Assembly (NCBI GenBank): GCA_965644265.1
Contig: OZ286466.1
Location: forward strand, 65,162,001 to 65,226,000
Length of the DNA stretch: 64,000 bases
From: Glycera tridactyla
Lineage: Eukaryota
Direction: 5' to 3'
Positions 38,195-51,105 of this stretch are shown here, one piece after another (position 1 is the stretch's first letter; every line of letters begins with the position of its first letter). Under the pieces are notes generated by a model. That model searched no databases. It was not told the DNA's origin and was given only the letters and a program-made list of their open reading frames with translations. Position numbers and translations under genes: made by a program.

Positions 38195-38345
38195 CTTTGA
38201 GGGCATGTATCAATCCAAAGGATCCTATTGACCGTGTGATCCGTTCCCGAGAACATCATTCCATCAATCCCTCAATTCAAGATGACGGGGAATCAGGGTG
38301 TTGTCAGGTAGAGAAAATTGATAGTTCCGACACCCCTTTAATCAC
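38195..38345 (-). mobile_element. Family B fragment, antisense, old
   Basis: ttgagggcatgtatcaatcc...caagatgacggggaatcagggtgttgtcagg...gatagttccgacacccc. Confidence 0.5.
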
Positions 38346-38879
38346 CTCGTGTGAAGGGGCTGGTCTTAGGAACTCATTCAACCATCTTTTTATGGGATCT
38401 ATCGGACACACACAGCATATCAGGATAGACTCAATCTCCGAAAGCATAATGAATTATTGCCCGCGGCCAACAGGAGATTGAGATTGATCGTATGGAATCT
38501 TATCTGATTTATCAGTCACGTTAACGAATGGGCCGGCACTGCATCAGTTCACTTTGATCCCTCATACATCTGGCTGAAATCACACTGAGTGTCTGTATCA
38601 TCTCCCATCTGTTGCGGACTCAGAAAGAGTCTTGAATGTTACATTCGAAAATACCCATTCGGTGCTTATGAGGCGCCAAAAAAACCAAACAAATACTTTC
38701 TCGAGATACTATACCAAGGCTGTGGCTGTAGCGACAAGACAATAAGTCGAATCTTACCTATCCATAATATATGACGGTGCTAGGAAAATATTGTTACTTG
38801 AAATTAAGTAAGGATCTGTCTACGTATCAATATCAGTTACCTTATGTAATTGATTGCCAACCTGAATGTCAAATCATGC

Positions 38880-39590
38880 AAGAAGTATGAAAATAAAAGT
38901 TTGTTTTCTGTTATCTGTTCTCAAAATGTATAACATGATGAACAGACACGTTGCCGCCTTTTACCAGCTTTGGCACAGGGGATTTCACCCTTTATCGCAA
39001 GCTCAAATCCTGAAACCCGGAATCCTCAATTCGGACTTGAATTTAGTCACATATTTAACGAAACCTATCGAGCCGGTACCAGAGTCACCAGATCTGTCTC
39101 AGGCATGCGATTGACCATCCCTAGAACCAGGTTACGCAAGGCAGATGGGAACATTTTCATCCGAGGGGCACACTTATGGAACTGTATTCCAATTGACATC
39201 AGATCCTGTGACAGTGCCTCTTCCTTTAAGAGATGAACAATGAAGTTCTTCGCGCATGATATAACGTAATTTCTTGTGCAATGAGCTTGGCATTGGCCAA
39301 CAGAATATCCCAAACAATAGTCTAGTTAATCAGTATACAATTCCTTTTAGCTGTACCAAATGCACTAAAACTGCTTTATATGCATATGCGACTTGCCTTG
39401 CCTCTTTTGACTGCATAACTTGTTTCTTTGTTGTTATTGCTCCTGTGATATTATTTTACTGTTATCTATGTGTTGTTATTTTGACAAACGTTCTCTGTAT
39501 TACTTGTTTGAACTCGAAGATTGAGCGATATGTTCGCTGGACCCCCTCCCCCTCTGAGAGTATCAATAAAGATTTCAAACTTCAAACTTC
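38880..39590 (+). mobile_element. CR1/L2-group LINE 3' fragment
   Basis: ORF 38970-39236 ends LTIPRTRLRKADGNIFIRGAHLWNCIPIDIRSCDSASSFKR*, matching the typical L.IP..RT.....SF...G..LWN.LP..IR...SL..FK C-terminus; then an AT-rich UTR, AATAAA and a (TTCAAAC)n tail at ~39570-39590. Confidence 0.8.
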
Positions 39591-40109
39591 GGTGGTTAAC
39601 AAAGAGGGCACCATCTGCATTTTGCTTGTTGATGGAATCCGATTCTTGGTCATGACAGGAAAAAATGAGCTGGTTGTACGTCACACCGGAAGTCAACAAT
39701 GCTGATCCAGTTAGTTCCGCAGCTAATACTGTTACTGTCGTAATTGGACACGGATAAGATGGCAAAAATGTGTCAGCCCCGTCCGGGGCATACGATTGCA
39801 TTATCTGATGATAAAATGTAGTTGCTCTTGTGTAATCCTGAAGGTAGGGACTTGGTATTCAACCAAAACTGGTGAAGAAAGGCAATCTTGTTTAATTCCA
39901 AAGATAGGGACGTGGTACTTTAAACCACAACTTTGTGAAAAAGGTAATCCTCATTGCTTGGTTGTAGGTAACTATCACACATCGGAGAAAAGTATTACAA
40001 TGGGCAATAAATGACACAACTTTTCATGGAAATCAATCCAACAGACATATTTGGTTATTTGCGCGAATCGGAAGTAGAAGGACAAATATGAGTCGTATGC
40101 ATACTAACA

Positions 40110-40225
40110 CAGTGCATGCTGACTGGTATACCAAAGGCTAGCTGTGTGTATGGGAGTGCATTGCTGTATTCTTATGAAATAGCCACTGCTGTCCTTCCCG
40201 AAGAGTAGAGGATTGCCCCCAGTCC
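40110..40225 (+). mobile_element. SINE-like family A, diverged partial copy
   Basis: cagtgcatgctgactggtataccaaaggc...gccactgctgtcc..cgaagagtag aligns to the other family A copies. Confidence 0.65.
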
Positions 40226-41287
40226 GTCCGCCCATCCGTCCGTCATTCACACACTAACCGACTCACTCACTCACTCACTCACTCACTCACCGACTCACTA
40301 ACCCAATTGATCAATTGATCACTCAATAAATAAATCCACTTTCCTTTATTGTGGATACCGACTAGGTGAGCAGTTTTGAATCCTAAAATCATCGCGAAAG
40401 AAGATAATCGAAAGCAAATGACACAATCTAAGGATAGCATGACATCATCACAGAAGAAATGTCTGATGCGATGCTTGGCATGAGAGACTGGAGGCGGTCA
40501 GGCCAGATTCCAAATGATCCAAATGACTGATGACAAGCGCTGAAGAATAATGATCAGCACGTCATGCCAAATGAACATTGTTCAATCATCTCACATTGCC
40601 CTCCTCGCCATATTGCAATAACCCCGTCAGACATAATGCATCTGATGACCATGTAATTGCCAGGTCATCTTTGTTGCTTCATTGATTGACGTTTACAATG
40701 TGTATTGACCGATGGGATTAGGAAAGCCATAAGAAATGTGAATAAAATCTAGCTGGTCTATAAGGGCCACCATCGGCTTCTGTAGGCAGTTGGCTCTTAT
40801 TGAGACGTCATTTACTGCTGAAAATACTATCACGGTCACAGCCCAGGATGGTCTTTGGGTGGCCTTCGTAGAACGGTGGTCTATCGAGGAGATTTTATTT
40901 TATAGTGGTCTGTAGTAATTCTTAACAAGTTCGAGTGTACAGCAAATATACACAATTGACTCTGCCAGACACTAAATTACCATTACTGCCTACAGCCAAG
41001 TACCTATTCACACCTGGGTGAAGTAGAGTATTTGGGTACGAGAATTCTACACAGAGGTGCCTCCTCAGTGAGAACCATAGATCATCTTAATCCGGCTAAT
41101 GATGCACGGTCGGTATTGAATGGTCATATGTTTTTGGCCAGTTATTTTTGAATGGATTGAGAAATCTGGAAAAGAGGATGAGTGTTTTTGCATATAGACA
41201 TTGGGAGCAACTGACAGAGGTGCCTGCTGGATGATGACACATAATGATGACTATTGGAGATGGTTGTCCCTTTTTGTTTGCTCGAAG

Positions 41288-41623
41288 GCCAAAACAATGA
41301 TTGGGCAGCTGCCTGGTGTAGCGGTAGCGTCTTCAAACTTGACCCAAATGTAAATCAGCTGTGACTGCAGGTAGTCATGGGATTGGTGACCATGGCTGGG
41401 GTGTGAGGATACAGTGCTAGTGTAGGTGCACCATACACTACACTAATAGTCAGACTATGCAAGTGGTCTGTGCCCTCACTGTTGAGCTAAAAACACGAAA
41501 TAAGACATGATCGACACATTAACGGGTGGGTGATGGTGTGAGTGCATATCTGGGATCTGAAAACAATGGTCCTATGTTAGCAGTGGCGCAATAATAACTG
41601 ACTTTTGGCCGACCAACCTACCT
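41288..41623 (+). mobile_element. SINE-like family C copy with an A-box-like head
   Basis: Begins gcctggtgtagcggtagcg (Pol III A-box-like); body matches 8680-8962. Confidence 0.7.
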
Positions 41624-42115
41624 ACCGATCCGCCTGATCAATCACCAAAAATAACTTTCATGTAACAGTTCACATATTCTGATCTTGGTGGAGAAATGCA
41701 GAGGTGGCAGATAAGGAGTGGTGCTATAATAAGTTACTACCTGCTTACCCACCTACCTACCAAATTCGCCTGATAAATCACCCAAAAAACTTACATGTAG
41801 CAGTTTACATATTCTGATTTTGGTGGAGAAAAGCGAAGGTAGCAGATAAGGAGTGGTGCTATATTAAGTGACTACCTGCCTACTCGCCTACCTACCAAAT
41901 TCGCCTGATCAATCACCGAAATACTTACACGAAGCAGTTCACATATTCTGATCTTGGTGGAGAAAAGCGAAGGTGGCAGATAAGGAGTGGTGCTATAATA
42001 AGTGACTACCTGCTTACCCACCCTTCTACCAATCCACCTGATAAATCACCAAAAGACACACATGAAGCAGTTCACATATTCTGATCTTGATGGAGAAATG
42101 TGAAGATGGCAGATA
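41615..42115. repeat. ~134-bp tandem repeat, ~3.6 copies
   Basis: cacatattctgatcttggtggagaaa recurs at 41671, 41806, 41940 and 42073. Confidence 0.9.
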
Positions 42116-43374
42116 AAACAGAGTGATGGTGGCTGTCATCCCCATCCCGTTTCCATCCATATCAGCGGCGGTTACTATCGCCGCCCATCTTCCGCCTCCA
42201 GAGAAGAAAATTACACCTCTAATTATCAATAATTAACTTGCCAGCTTCATTCATCCATCCTCATATCACACAATATCAGCCTCAGATGTGTCAAAACATA
42301 TCCTTCACCAAATATCCCAATCTTTCCTGCCAAAATCTCGACCCAATTCTTGCGAACATCTTATGTCAGTATCCCCGACTTTCATACTCATTCTCCAAAG
42401 AGGGGTGAATTGTCTGGCTGTTGATGTAAAGGGGAAAGGGCCTCTGTTCGTCAGCCAAGGAGATTTTCCGACCATATTCAATTGTGAGAGAGAATGGTTG
42501 CAATTGTCGGCCAAGAAACGGCGGATTCAGCACGAGAGACATACCTGCCACATTTGGATTTGACAGAGGAGCCGGAACATCGGAACTAAGCGCCAAGATG
42601 CTGCCACTGAATATCACAGCTCTCCGATCATCAATCGTGTCTCGTGCCTAAACTGGCGCGGTGCCGGCTGCCACTTGCATGGCCATCAACATAACCAATA
42701 GAAGATCATCCCCTGGTATCAGGTCTGTCATGTCAGATGGACGTCACGTGATCGGTCCATTTCCGGTCAGGAGGTCGGGTAATCTATCAGAGCAAGCCAG
42801 GATTGATGGACTGCGCCCTTCTACTGATACCGGAACCAACTGATAACATCCGGTTTGCTCGCTCTGCCTGATCTAATCATAGTCGGTCAATATGTTCCCC
42901 ATGTTTTTATAGCTTCCTGCTATCAGTGCGTGGCCCAATGCTGAACCAATATGATCAGCGTCCTAACCTGCCAATATCTCCCATACTTCCGCGTGATTTG
43001 CTCCGTTATATATCGGGAAGACTCCTACACTTGTCCAATAGCTCAGCATCTCTAGTCATATGTGTGCATCAGTGGCGAAAAAGGAGTTGTGTAGACTAGT
43101 GGATTTGATTGAATTCATCTGATTACATTTTATGTATTTGACTATGCATGGGGTAACTGTACTGTTTTACTGATGTTCCAGAGATTGACGAAACAAAATA
43201 AACATATATGCCATACTATACTATGCTCACAATGTTATCATGTTATTAGTGTTGAGTATCAGCTTCCAGCCTTTCAGATAATCACATATGCCGTCGATAG
43301 GTCCATGCAGGTTCATGTGAGGTATGCAGATGCGTGTTTGAACTGCCAGGTACTACCATATAACAATCCACATC

Positions 43375-43590
43375 TGTCTCCACCATCTTGTGTACAGGGT
43401 TTGTGAGAGAGATAATGAGACTGACATGAAAGCCCCACTTTGACAGATGAGAAACACGTGACATACATATTCTTTCTGGTTGATACATGCTATTGGTCTC
43501 GGTCCAACCAACCAACCAACCATCCAACCACAATATACCAACCCACCCACCCACCAGCCAATCGACCAACCAACCAACAAGCAATCAACC
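43375..43590 (+). mobile_element. Family B 3' fragment with (ACCA)n tail
   Basis: catcttgtgtacagggtttgtgagagagat...ggttgatacatgc followed by an (ACCA)n microsatellite. Confidence 0.55.
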
Positions 43591-43691
43591 AAAGAGTCTG
43601 GTTGATGGTTCTTGTAGAGGATGTACCGACTTAAGTAGAGATTGATGAGCTATTGCATGACATGTACTGTTGGTATCCCATGCATGCTAAC

Positions 43692-43872
43692 CCAATGCAC
43701 ATCAACTGGTGTGTCAAAGGCCGATCGCGTGTATGGGAGTCTATTTTTGTATTAACCACTGCTATCTTTTTGTGAAGAGGAGGCGATCGCCCTCAGTAGC
43801 GGTGCCTTCTTTCCCTAGCATTTCAGTCCGATATGACCCAAGGAGCTTGAGAGGATGTTACACCCCCAATAG
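43692..43872 (+). mobile_element. SINE-like family A, diverged copy
   Basis: tcaaaggccg...gtatgggagtc...aaccactgcta...agcggtgcc...cagtccgatatgacccaagg. Confidence 0.7.
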
Positions 43873-43903
43873 ACCGTCGTCAGCATGATCAGGTTCGGAC
43901 ATA

Positions 43904-44080
43904 CAGTCGAACCTGTATTCAGCAACCTACCCCGAGAAGCCAAACTGTGGTTGCTGAATGTAGGTGGTTGTTTTATACAGGTGAATTATAGTGAAGAATA
44001 CTCTAGCGGGAAACCAGAAAGTGACTGCGTAAAGACAGGTGGTTGCTGAATACAGTGGTTGCTAAATACAGGTTCCACTG
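43904..44080. mobile_element. MITE family D2 copy
   Basis: TA|cagtcgaacctgtatt...aatacaggttccactg|TA. Confidence 0.85.
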
Positions 44081-44895
44081 TATAAGTTGAATTGCCAAGC
44101 AACAACAATGTGCATCATTCCAACGCAACAAATGACATTCAATTCTATCACTCGATCTTCTCTGGCACCCACTTGTCATTCATTATGGAATCCTTAGGAC
44201 TGAATAACTCTTAACTTCGCATGACCTGATGACTTTGGTGCGTCAACTGTTGCCTTCCTTTCGAATGGGACAATACGACGAGGCGGCTAACTCGATTGGC
44301 ATCTGACAGAAGCTCTTATCGGTATCTTTCGCAAAAAAGAGATAAAAAAGCCAGCCTCTCCAGTGATGTTTGTCCGCGTCAATCATTACGATTGGGGCTG
44401 AATTAATTCCAATCCATTATGCCAACAATCACATTATCCGACTCTTTCTGCCAACCCCTCAAATTCTCCCCAAATGTTGAAGTATTGCGAACCAATGCCA
44501 TTCTATTGTATTGGATGATACATGAAACACGACGAAAACTGATCAATACGCGCATAGGGACTGGGGTACTCATTTTGTTTCTTTCGGTGTCTACAGAAAG
44601 CTATTTGGGGAAGAGGTGGCATTAGTTAGAAAATCATGGATATGCTGTAGTTAAACGAAGCAGCGGTGGGTGGTCGTCGTTCAATTGCCATGGTAACCGT
44701 ATTAGCTTCACCGCTAACCGAATCAGCATTGTCAACTGCCTTCCGTTACCGCTCACAAGAGACGGTCTTTTTTTCTGTGGACAAGAATCGGGTTACCGCA
44801 ATCAGCGAATACCCTACTGTGTCACGAGCCTCTTTGTACTGCGGAGAATACGTAATTTGCCATTCGCTAAGAACATACTCGATGCCCAGGGGGGT

Positions 44896-45082
44896 CACAG
44901 ACGCCAACAAAAAATGCTGGACTTATTGGCCAAATAAGAAATCAATTGAATAACTCACTGTGAGATCCATATTCTCAGATGTTATACCTCAGTAAAATAA
45001 TCAACATGGCCGCAAGGCCACAGACGCCAACAAAAACGGCTGGACCTATTGGCCAAATAAGAAATCAATGGAATAACTCACT
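44896..45082. repeat. Local direct repeat (~65 bp, 2 copies)
   Basis: cacagacgccaacaaaaa..gctggac.tattggccaaataagaaatcaat.gaataactcact twice. Confidence 0.85.
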
Positions 45083-45384
45083 ACAATACTGGGAGTTCCA
45101 TATTTTCATATGTTACACCACACTAAAAATCAACATGGATAAGGGCCACTGCTGAATGGGCCTCCGCAAAAACGAATACCTGACATTCACCTTTTTTCTT
45201 TCGGGCAAAAGAATTATTGGCTGAAAGAGAGAGACCTCCTTTCAGAGAACCTAACCTTTCCACTCACTCAACGACATTGTCCACACCTGATTCATCCATG
45301 GTAAACCTGCGAGAATACACGGATAACGAGTAGAAAGAATCATAGTCGGCTCGGGGATCCCGCCATTCGATTTAATGTGGCCCT

Positions 45385-45580
45385 AATCATGCACATATGA
45401 GGGGATAATTATGTCGGCAATGACACTTTCTGAAAAAGCCATGTTTTTTGATAATCAGTATCAAAAACGAGATGATCAGAGAATTGAATTGCTCTGATTA
45501 CCTATTTGCTCAATTTGTCTGATGAATAGAATTGTTTTGACACATCAGCCTAGATAAAGGTATCACAAAGCTTCGTCGTA
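45385..45580 (+). repeat. Dispersed repeat family I (second copy ~54131-54315)
   Basis: ataatgca.atatgagggg...gaaaaagc...aaaacgagat.atca...atttgctcaatttg..tgatg.atag.attgttt shared by both sites. Confidence 0.65.
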
Positions 45581-47156
45581 TTCCATGTGCTGAGGGATCA
45601 AACAGTTTCTGATACGCACTGTTATGTGTTTGCTATGACAATCTCCTTGTTGGGTTTGGATTGGATGTGAACCAAAACACAAATTGATGCTCTCTTAACC
45701 ACTATTCTACTATATTTAGCTTGAGCAGACCTTAATGATCCACCAGCATCCAGTAAGTGATGGAGGAGTGCATTATCCTGTGCATCATCATTGGAATTGA
45801 TGACTAGGGCCCACCTCAGTAATGGGCATGGACTAGAGGTGGGTACTTTCAGAAACCACAGTAACAAATGATACCTATTCGACACTCATATCCAAACTCA
45901 AGTCCAGCTGACTATCACCTTTATCAATTACAGTTATGCCAAATCATTCAAAAAAGTGTGTCAAATTGACCCATGTGAGGGTGCCAAGCGACACATATAG
46001 GTGAGTCCAGGCGAGTCAGTGTGACTCATGTAGGTGAGTCACGCTGGCTCATATAGGTGAGTCAGAGAAAGTCGGGTTTATGGTACCCATTCATCTTTGT
46101 GAAACAAGTCCCTCATGCGTCTCGGTGTCTATCTTGATTCAGTGCATCACCAGTGCATGTGATCATCCTCGGATGGATAAGATTCCATTTAGTTGAATAC
46201 GAAATTAAGGTGATCGATTTTTGGGATGATGGGTGGAGATAGTGCCATCACATTATCTGTCTTTCGTCCACTGCATAAATGCATCTCATCAAGGAGGCTG
46301 GGACGGCTCGATCATGGTATGGCCAGACTACTTGGACATGGCTAGCGTGAGTGATACTCCAAGTCCGTCATCGCCAGCCAAATAATTGAACCTATCTAAA
46401 TGTAGCAGCATCCCCATGGGATTCATATTCTGACGTCGTGTCTGTCCTTTTTATCTGCCAGTTTTTCTACAAACATGAATAAATGAATGAATAAATAAAC
46501 AGATGAATATATAAATCAACTAATCAATCGATAGCATATATGTATATAAAATGACAGGGCGAGGGGAGAAATGCATAATATGGTGTTGCTTCAGGACCAT
46601 AAAGATTAGTGTTTTGGTAGTTCGAACGCATATCCTGATTGAATTATCGAAAGAGATGAAGATACATCCTAATTACATCCATCCATCGCCTTACATATCG
46701 CATATGAGACCTCCAAAACTGATGGAGATCGACTGTCGCTCATCCTCTGATAAGAACCTTTTTCAAAACCATCACTCAGCTAATATCTATTAGAATCCAC
46801 ATGGTCTACACCATTTAGTCGAACTGTTCCAATATTGAAGAAGTATGAACTGTAGTGCATATATCTCTTCTCATTTCTTTTACAAATTACCGACGTATGT
46901 GTGATACTCTTCTAAACTAATCCACTGTTGCTACCACTAATCCATGTATGTTTTTGTAATGATGTTCTGGAGATGGTTAGTATGTATATGCCTTATATGT
47001 ATTTGTTCACATCGTTCTTAAATAAAGTTCTTGAACTATACTATACCTGATTTTATCCCTGAACGTCACAGTCCAAGTTTTGGGATATGTTTGACTCTGC
47101 CAACTGTCATGCTGGTTATGGTCGCAATGGAACCTACATTGTTCGACTGCTGGAGA

Positions 47157-47336
47157 GCCTGCCTTGGTGGCTCAGTGGTAGTGTGCTGGGCCAGCGTGCA
47201 ATGGGGCTGGGGTTTAATCCCCGGTCCTACCATGCAGGAATGTTTCACCCTTCATCTTCGCCCCTTCTTGGCAGGTGGTCTGATTTAGCCCACTCAAGTG
47301 CAGAAAGTGGACCTAAAACCTTAACATTTCATTTTC
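47157..47336 (+). mobile_element. Short tRNA-derived SINE (family E)
   Basis: A box TGGCTCAGTGG at 47167 and B-box-like GGGTTTAATCCC at ~47210, then a non-tRNA body ending gtggacctaaaaccttaacatttcattttc. Confidence 0.7.
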
Positions 47337-47819
47337 CGACTGCTAGATGACTGTTTTCGAGGACCCAGGGACAATCCGAAATCTTGCTGCGGATAATGAG
47401 TAGAAGCACATCAACTGTGTGCATGCCTAGATTATCGTGAAGGCAACCCATTCCTTGTATGGCGCTCCACAATGGGAGCCTATCTTGGCCGAAATGAACA
47501 GCACATGTGGGACGTCATAGATCAAGTCCGCCATGACGTAAACATTCGTATGTGCCAATTGAGACTGATATAAGGTCACGTGACAGGCATCGACAACCAC
47601 GACATAATCAGACACGATCGATGGAAGTCCCCAGCCACAGACGTTCGCCATCGTCAGACGGCGCCTTCCACCAGAAGGGGTCGAAGCCATCAAATGTTGC
47701 TGTTTTTCTTTATGGACAGCTCACATATATCATGCAGACATGAGCCAAAAGGACAGCTAAGCTAATGATGGAAATATAAGTAGAATATCGAAATATGGAG
47801 GAATATATTTGATTGTATA

Positions 47820-48020
47820 TATATAGAGAGAGAGAGGAAGAGAGTAGGAGAGAGGGAGAGAGAAAAAGAGAGTCAGAGGGATTGAGAAAGAGAGTAAGAG
47901 AGAGTCAGAGGGATAGAGAGAGAGGGAGAGGGGGATAGAGAAAGAGAGAGAAAGAGAGAGTCAGAGGGATAGAGAGAGGAAGAGAGAGAGTTAGAGAGAG
48001 AGAAAGAGAAAGAGAGAGAT
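47820..48020. repeat. (GA)n-rich polypurine tract
   Basis: Directly visible. Confidence 0.95.
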
Positions 48021-48483
48021 CAGTAAATCATGCAAATAATATGACAGAAACATATCACTGATGCCAATTTGTATTTCTTCATGTGGTTAGCTTTGTGTAT
48101 GATGTCAATATACTGACCGGGACATGCATCAAGCCTTATATTCATAAGTTTTGGTAGGGAGCAGGAGCAGGAGCAGTAGCAGGAGCAGGAGTCCTGTTTT
48201 TCAGCTAAGAACCGGAGTAATTGGATCTAGCTCGCTCCCATATAACCATCCGATAGTTGAACTCGTATTTCAGGACTTCTTTCAGTGTGACAACAACTCA
48301 TATTCAACAGAACATCTCACCATTCGCTCAACCGCTCCATGAATATACCTTGACTAATTCACACATTCAGCTTTTGATGAGTCATTTGATATTTCTCAAC
48401 CTGTCCGATATATTGCGTTTGAAAATGACTGATATGCCTATCTCTCACATAGCATCTCAATAGAGAGCACAATATGCACACGA

Positions 48484-48596
48484 CCAATCTTTTTCCAGAA
48501 ACTTCCGGTGGTCACACCGACCGGAAGTCCTCTTACACAAAGCTTTTTGGAGACAGTGCCGCCGGAAGATGGCGCCCCAGAATCCAAAATGGCCGC
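48484..48596. promoter_or_regulatory. Candidate promoter-like ETS/YY1 motif cluster (or MITE interior)
   Basis: CCAAT at 48484; inverted ETS cores ACTTCCGGT (48501) and ACCGGAAGT (48520); CCGGAAGATGGCG (48562); AAAATGGCCGC (48586). Confidence 0.35.
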
Positions 48597-48957
48597 TATA
48601 TTCAACCGAGAAAAATGAATGCATTTCAAACATCAGGCGATATATATCTTCATCTCTTTATTGTGTCTCAGGGGAGACACGATGATGCAATTCGTCACCA
48701 GGTGGCGGAGAAAGGAGACTTCCTACATTTCCGCTTGATTGCAATATTGAAATCTCGAGTGATTTTCGTATTCTTTCTGCTACAATCAATCCATGTCAGC
48801 ATAAAATCCTCAGTGTCTAATGGTAACCACGCTCGTGTTCACTAGTCATCGCAGTTGTGCAATTACTCTTATGTTATACACCGTAATCCCATTTGCCACT
48901 CGGTGTTTGCATTGTTTTAGTTTATGTGAAAAGTTTAAGCCTGATCAATGATAGCGA

Positions 48958-49250
48958 GATGTTCTCCCCCCCCCCCCCAGCAGGCACTATTCTCAGAAAC
49001 CCTGGACACAAGATGATGGGGATGGGTGTCAAGTGTAAGTAGCTGACAGTCCAGACACACCTGTACATATTTCAAATGACCATATTGAACCTCTCAATGG
49101 CAAGTTTGTTCATGTATTGGTTTAGAAGCTGATACCCAATCGTGATAGCGATGCTTTTTTTTAGCTGTATTTGAAACATGAGAAAGCATTAGTTTCTGAG
49201 AATACTCAACCGAAGTGTTCAGTATCGAGGTGTCAACTTCAAACCAATTC
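48958..49250 (-). mobile_element. Family B retroposon copy, antisense, diverged
   Basis: aaaccctggacacaagatgatgggg...gtagctgacagtccagacacacct...gcattag...gagaatactcaacc...tgtcaacttcaaacca aligns to 53820-54088. Confidence 0.7.
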
Positions 49251-49888
49251 CACAATTAAGATCTCATCTGATCATATCTGCTACAGGCAACCCGCCGGCC
49301 ACGTACAGCTGTGACCCATTCACTGAAGGAATGAAAAGGAGCTTAGAGGAAAGAAAAGAGGTGAAGCATGGCTACCGACGGCCACAGCGTGGAAAATTCA
49401 AGATTAATAAAGGCCTCCTCGGTACGGGTAGGTTCTTGGTACGTCTAGATAATTATTTCGATGATTATACCAATCAGATAGAGAATACACAAATCGTCAT
49501 CAAGACATAATGCATGTCAGGACATGATCAATACTTAGGCTTCTTCTCTTCGTCATTCAGACGTTTTTGTCCAAGACTAACTGGTGCATTACTTCATCAT
49601 GGAATATTTATGCATTCACCAGCTTAATCCATCATTAAAATGCCATTAGATAGGATCTCGGTGTTCGCGCTTCTTTGGGCCGGATTACGACCCATTATCG
49701 GATAATCCAGGGTATTACAATCAAATTGGAACATGAGCAAGCGGAACATTGGCGAAGACCAATTAGCTGTGATGCAGACTCTTTTGTTGGCGGAGGAAGT
49801 GATGGGTCCCAAGAGAGGAATTCAAGAAGAAGCAATATCACTTTTCATTGACATTGCTATTGTTCATTAAATTTACAGCCTTTATCAA

Positions 49889-50102
49889 CCCAGTGCATGA
49901 CGACTGGAATATCAAAGGCCGGCCGTGCGCATAGGAATCTTTCCCCGTTTGCACGTAAAATAACCACTGCTGTCTTCCGCAAAGAGTAGGGACGGCCCCC
50001 GGCAGCGGTGCCTCCTTTCTTCTGCAGTTTCCGTTTTTTCAGTCCGATATAACCAAGGGGGGTTTAAAGGACGTCACACCCAGACAAACAAACACACAAA
50101 CA
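49889..50102 (+). mobile_element. SINE-like family A copy with (CAAA)n tail
   Basis: Same core, ending cccagacaaacaaacacacaaac. Confidence 0.8.
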
Positions 50103-50855
50103 GCCTTTATCGTGATATCATTCCTGTATTGCTGAAGATTGCGCTTCTGTTTGAAAGTTCATGAAGATAAGTTGTATTAGAGGGTGGCCTTTGCAGAGAG
50201 GTTGTCAACTGTAGACGATTGTGTCGTGATCACGGCTGAGGGTGGTCTTTGTAGAGAGCTAGTTTCTTGAGCACCTTCGATTAAACAATCATTTTCACAT
50301 CACCAGCGTGCTTGAAATATTGTGTTCTATTTGTGCGATACCGCCCCACTCAAATTGTCATACAAGCAAATTTCCAACGACATATTTTTAGGGCGGGCAC
50401 CTCCTGTATGGTAGCTATCCACCAGGTGGCTACATCCGTCTCTCTCACCAGAGGCAGCACCGACTGGCTGGTGGCCGACGTCGTTTCCCTTTAGCTCTAG
50501 CGGCGACGGCGGGAACCGATCAGTTCTAGCGGCGACAGCGGGAACCAGCCAGTGTAAGCGATGTCAGTACGCTAAATATTCTCTCATTCTTTTCGTCACA
50601 CAAATGTTACATTCAGCCACAGCTTCGGGATCAATACATCGCCGCGATGTTTCATCCCACACGACGAGCGTGAGAGGTGGGTTGGCCTGGAGATTAACGG
50701 AGCATGTCTATTTTTGCGATAGCCAGTGAAGCTGGTGGGACTGCCGGGGTCATGATAAATGCTAAAACCGTGATAAAATGGCAAGCTTCCTGTCGAGGGA
50801 AAAGTCATCTCGTGGAATGTCCAGCCATCTTTTTGTTGGTATAACAAAATCTAGC

Positions 50856-51105
50856 TAAAGTCTGTCAAGTCCAATCGGGGCGGGTACGTTTTTCGCCCAG
50901 CATAGCGAATTTGCATCGGATTGAAATGAAATGCAGTGTAATCCCGACGAACGCCAAATATGTCAATTTCAAGCCGGTTTCACGGCGAGTGCGATGGCCG
51001 TACCTCCACTGTTTCACACACAAATATTCGCCGGCGAATTCGCTGTAGAAATGGTGTATTGAGCGTCTGAAACGTACCCGCCACATTTGGATTTGACCGA
51101 GTTTA
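50856..51105. mobile_element. MITE family F with ~40-bp imperfect TIRs
   Basis: Left taaagtctgtcaagtccaatcggggcgggtacgttt; right aaacgtacccgccacatttggatttgaccgagttta. Confidence 0.75.

Noticed and set aside
45700-45780. HLLDAGGSLRSAQ resembling the tyrosine-recombinase box II
   Set aside because: The catalytic H-x-x-R before it and LGH after it are absent; chance similarity.
47157-47235. Functional tRNA gene
   Set aside because: A and B boxes are present but there is no complete cloverleaf and no T-run terminator; it continues into a SINE-like body.
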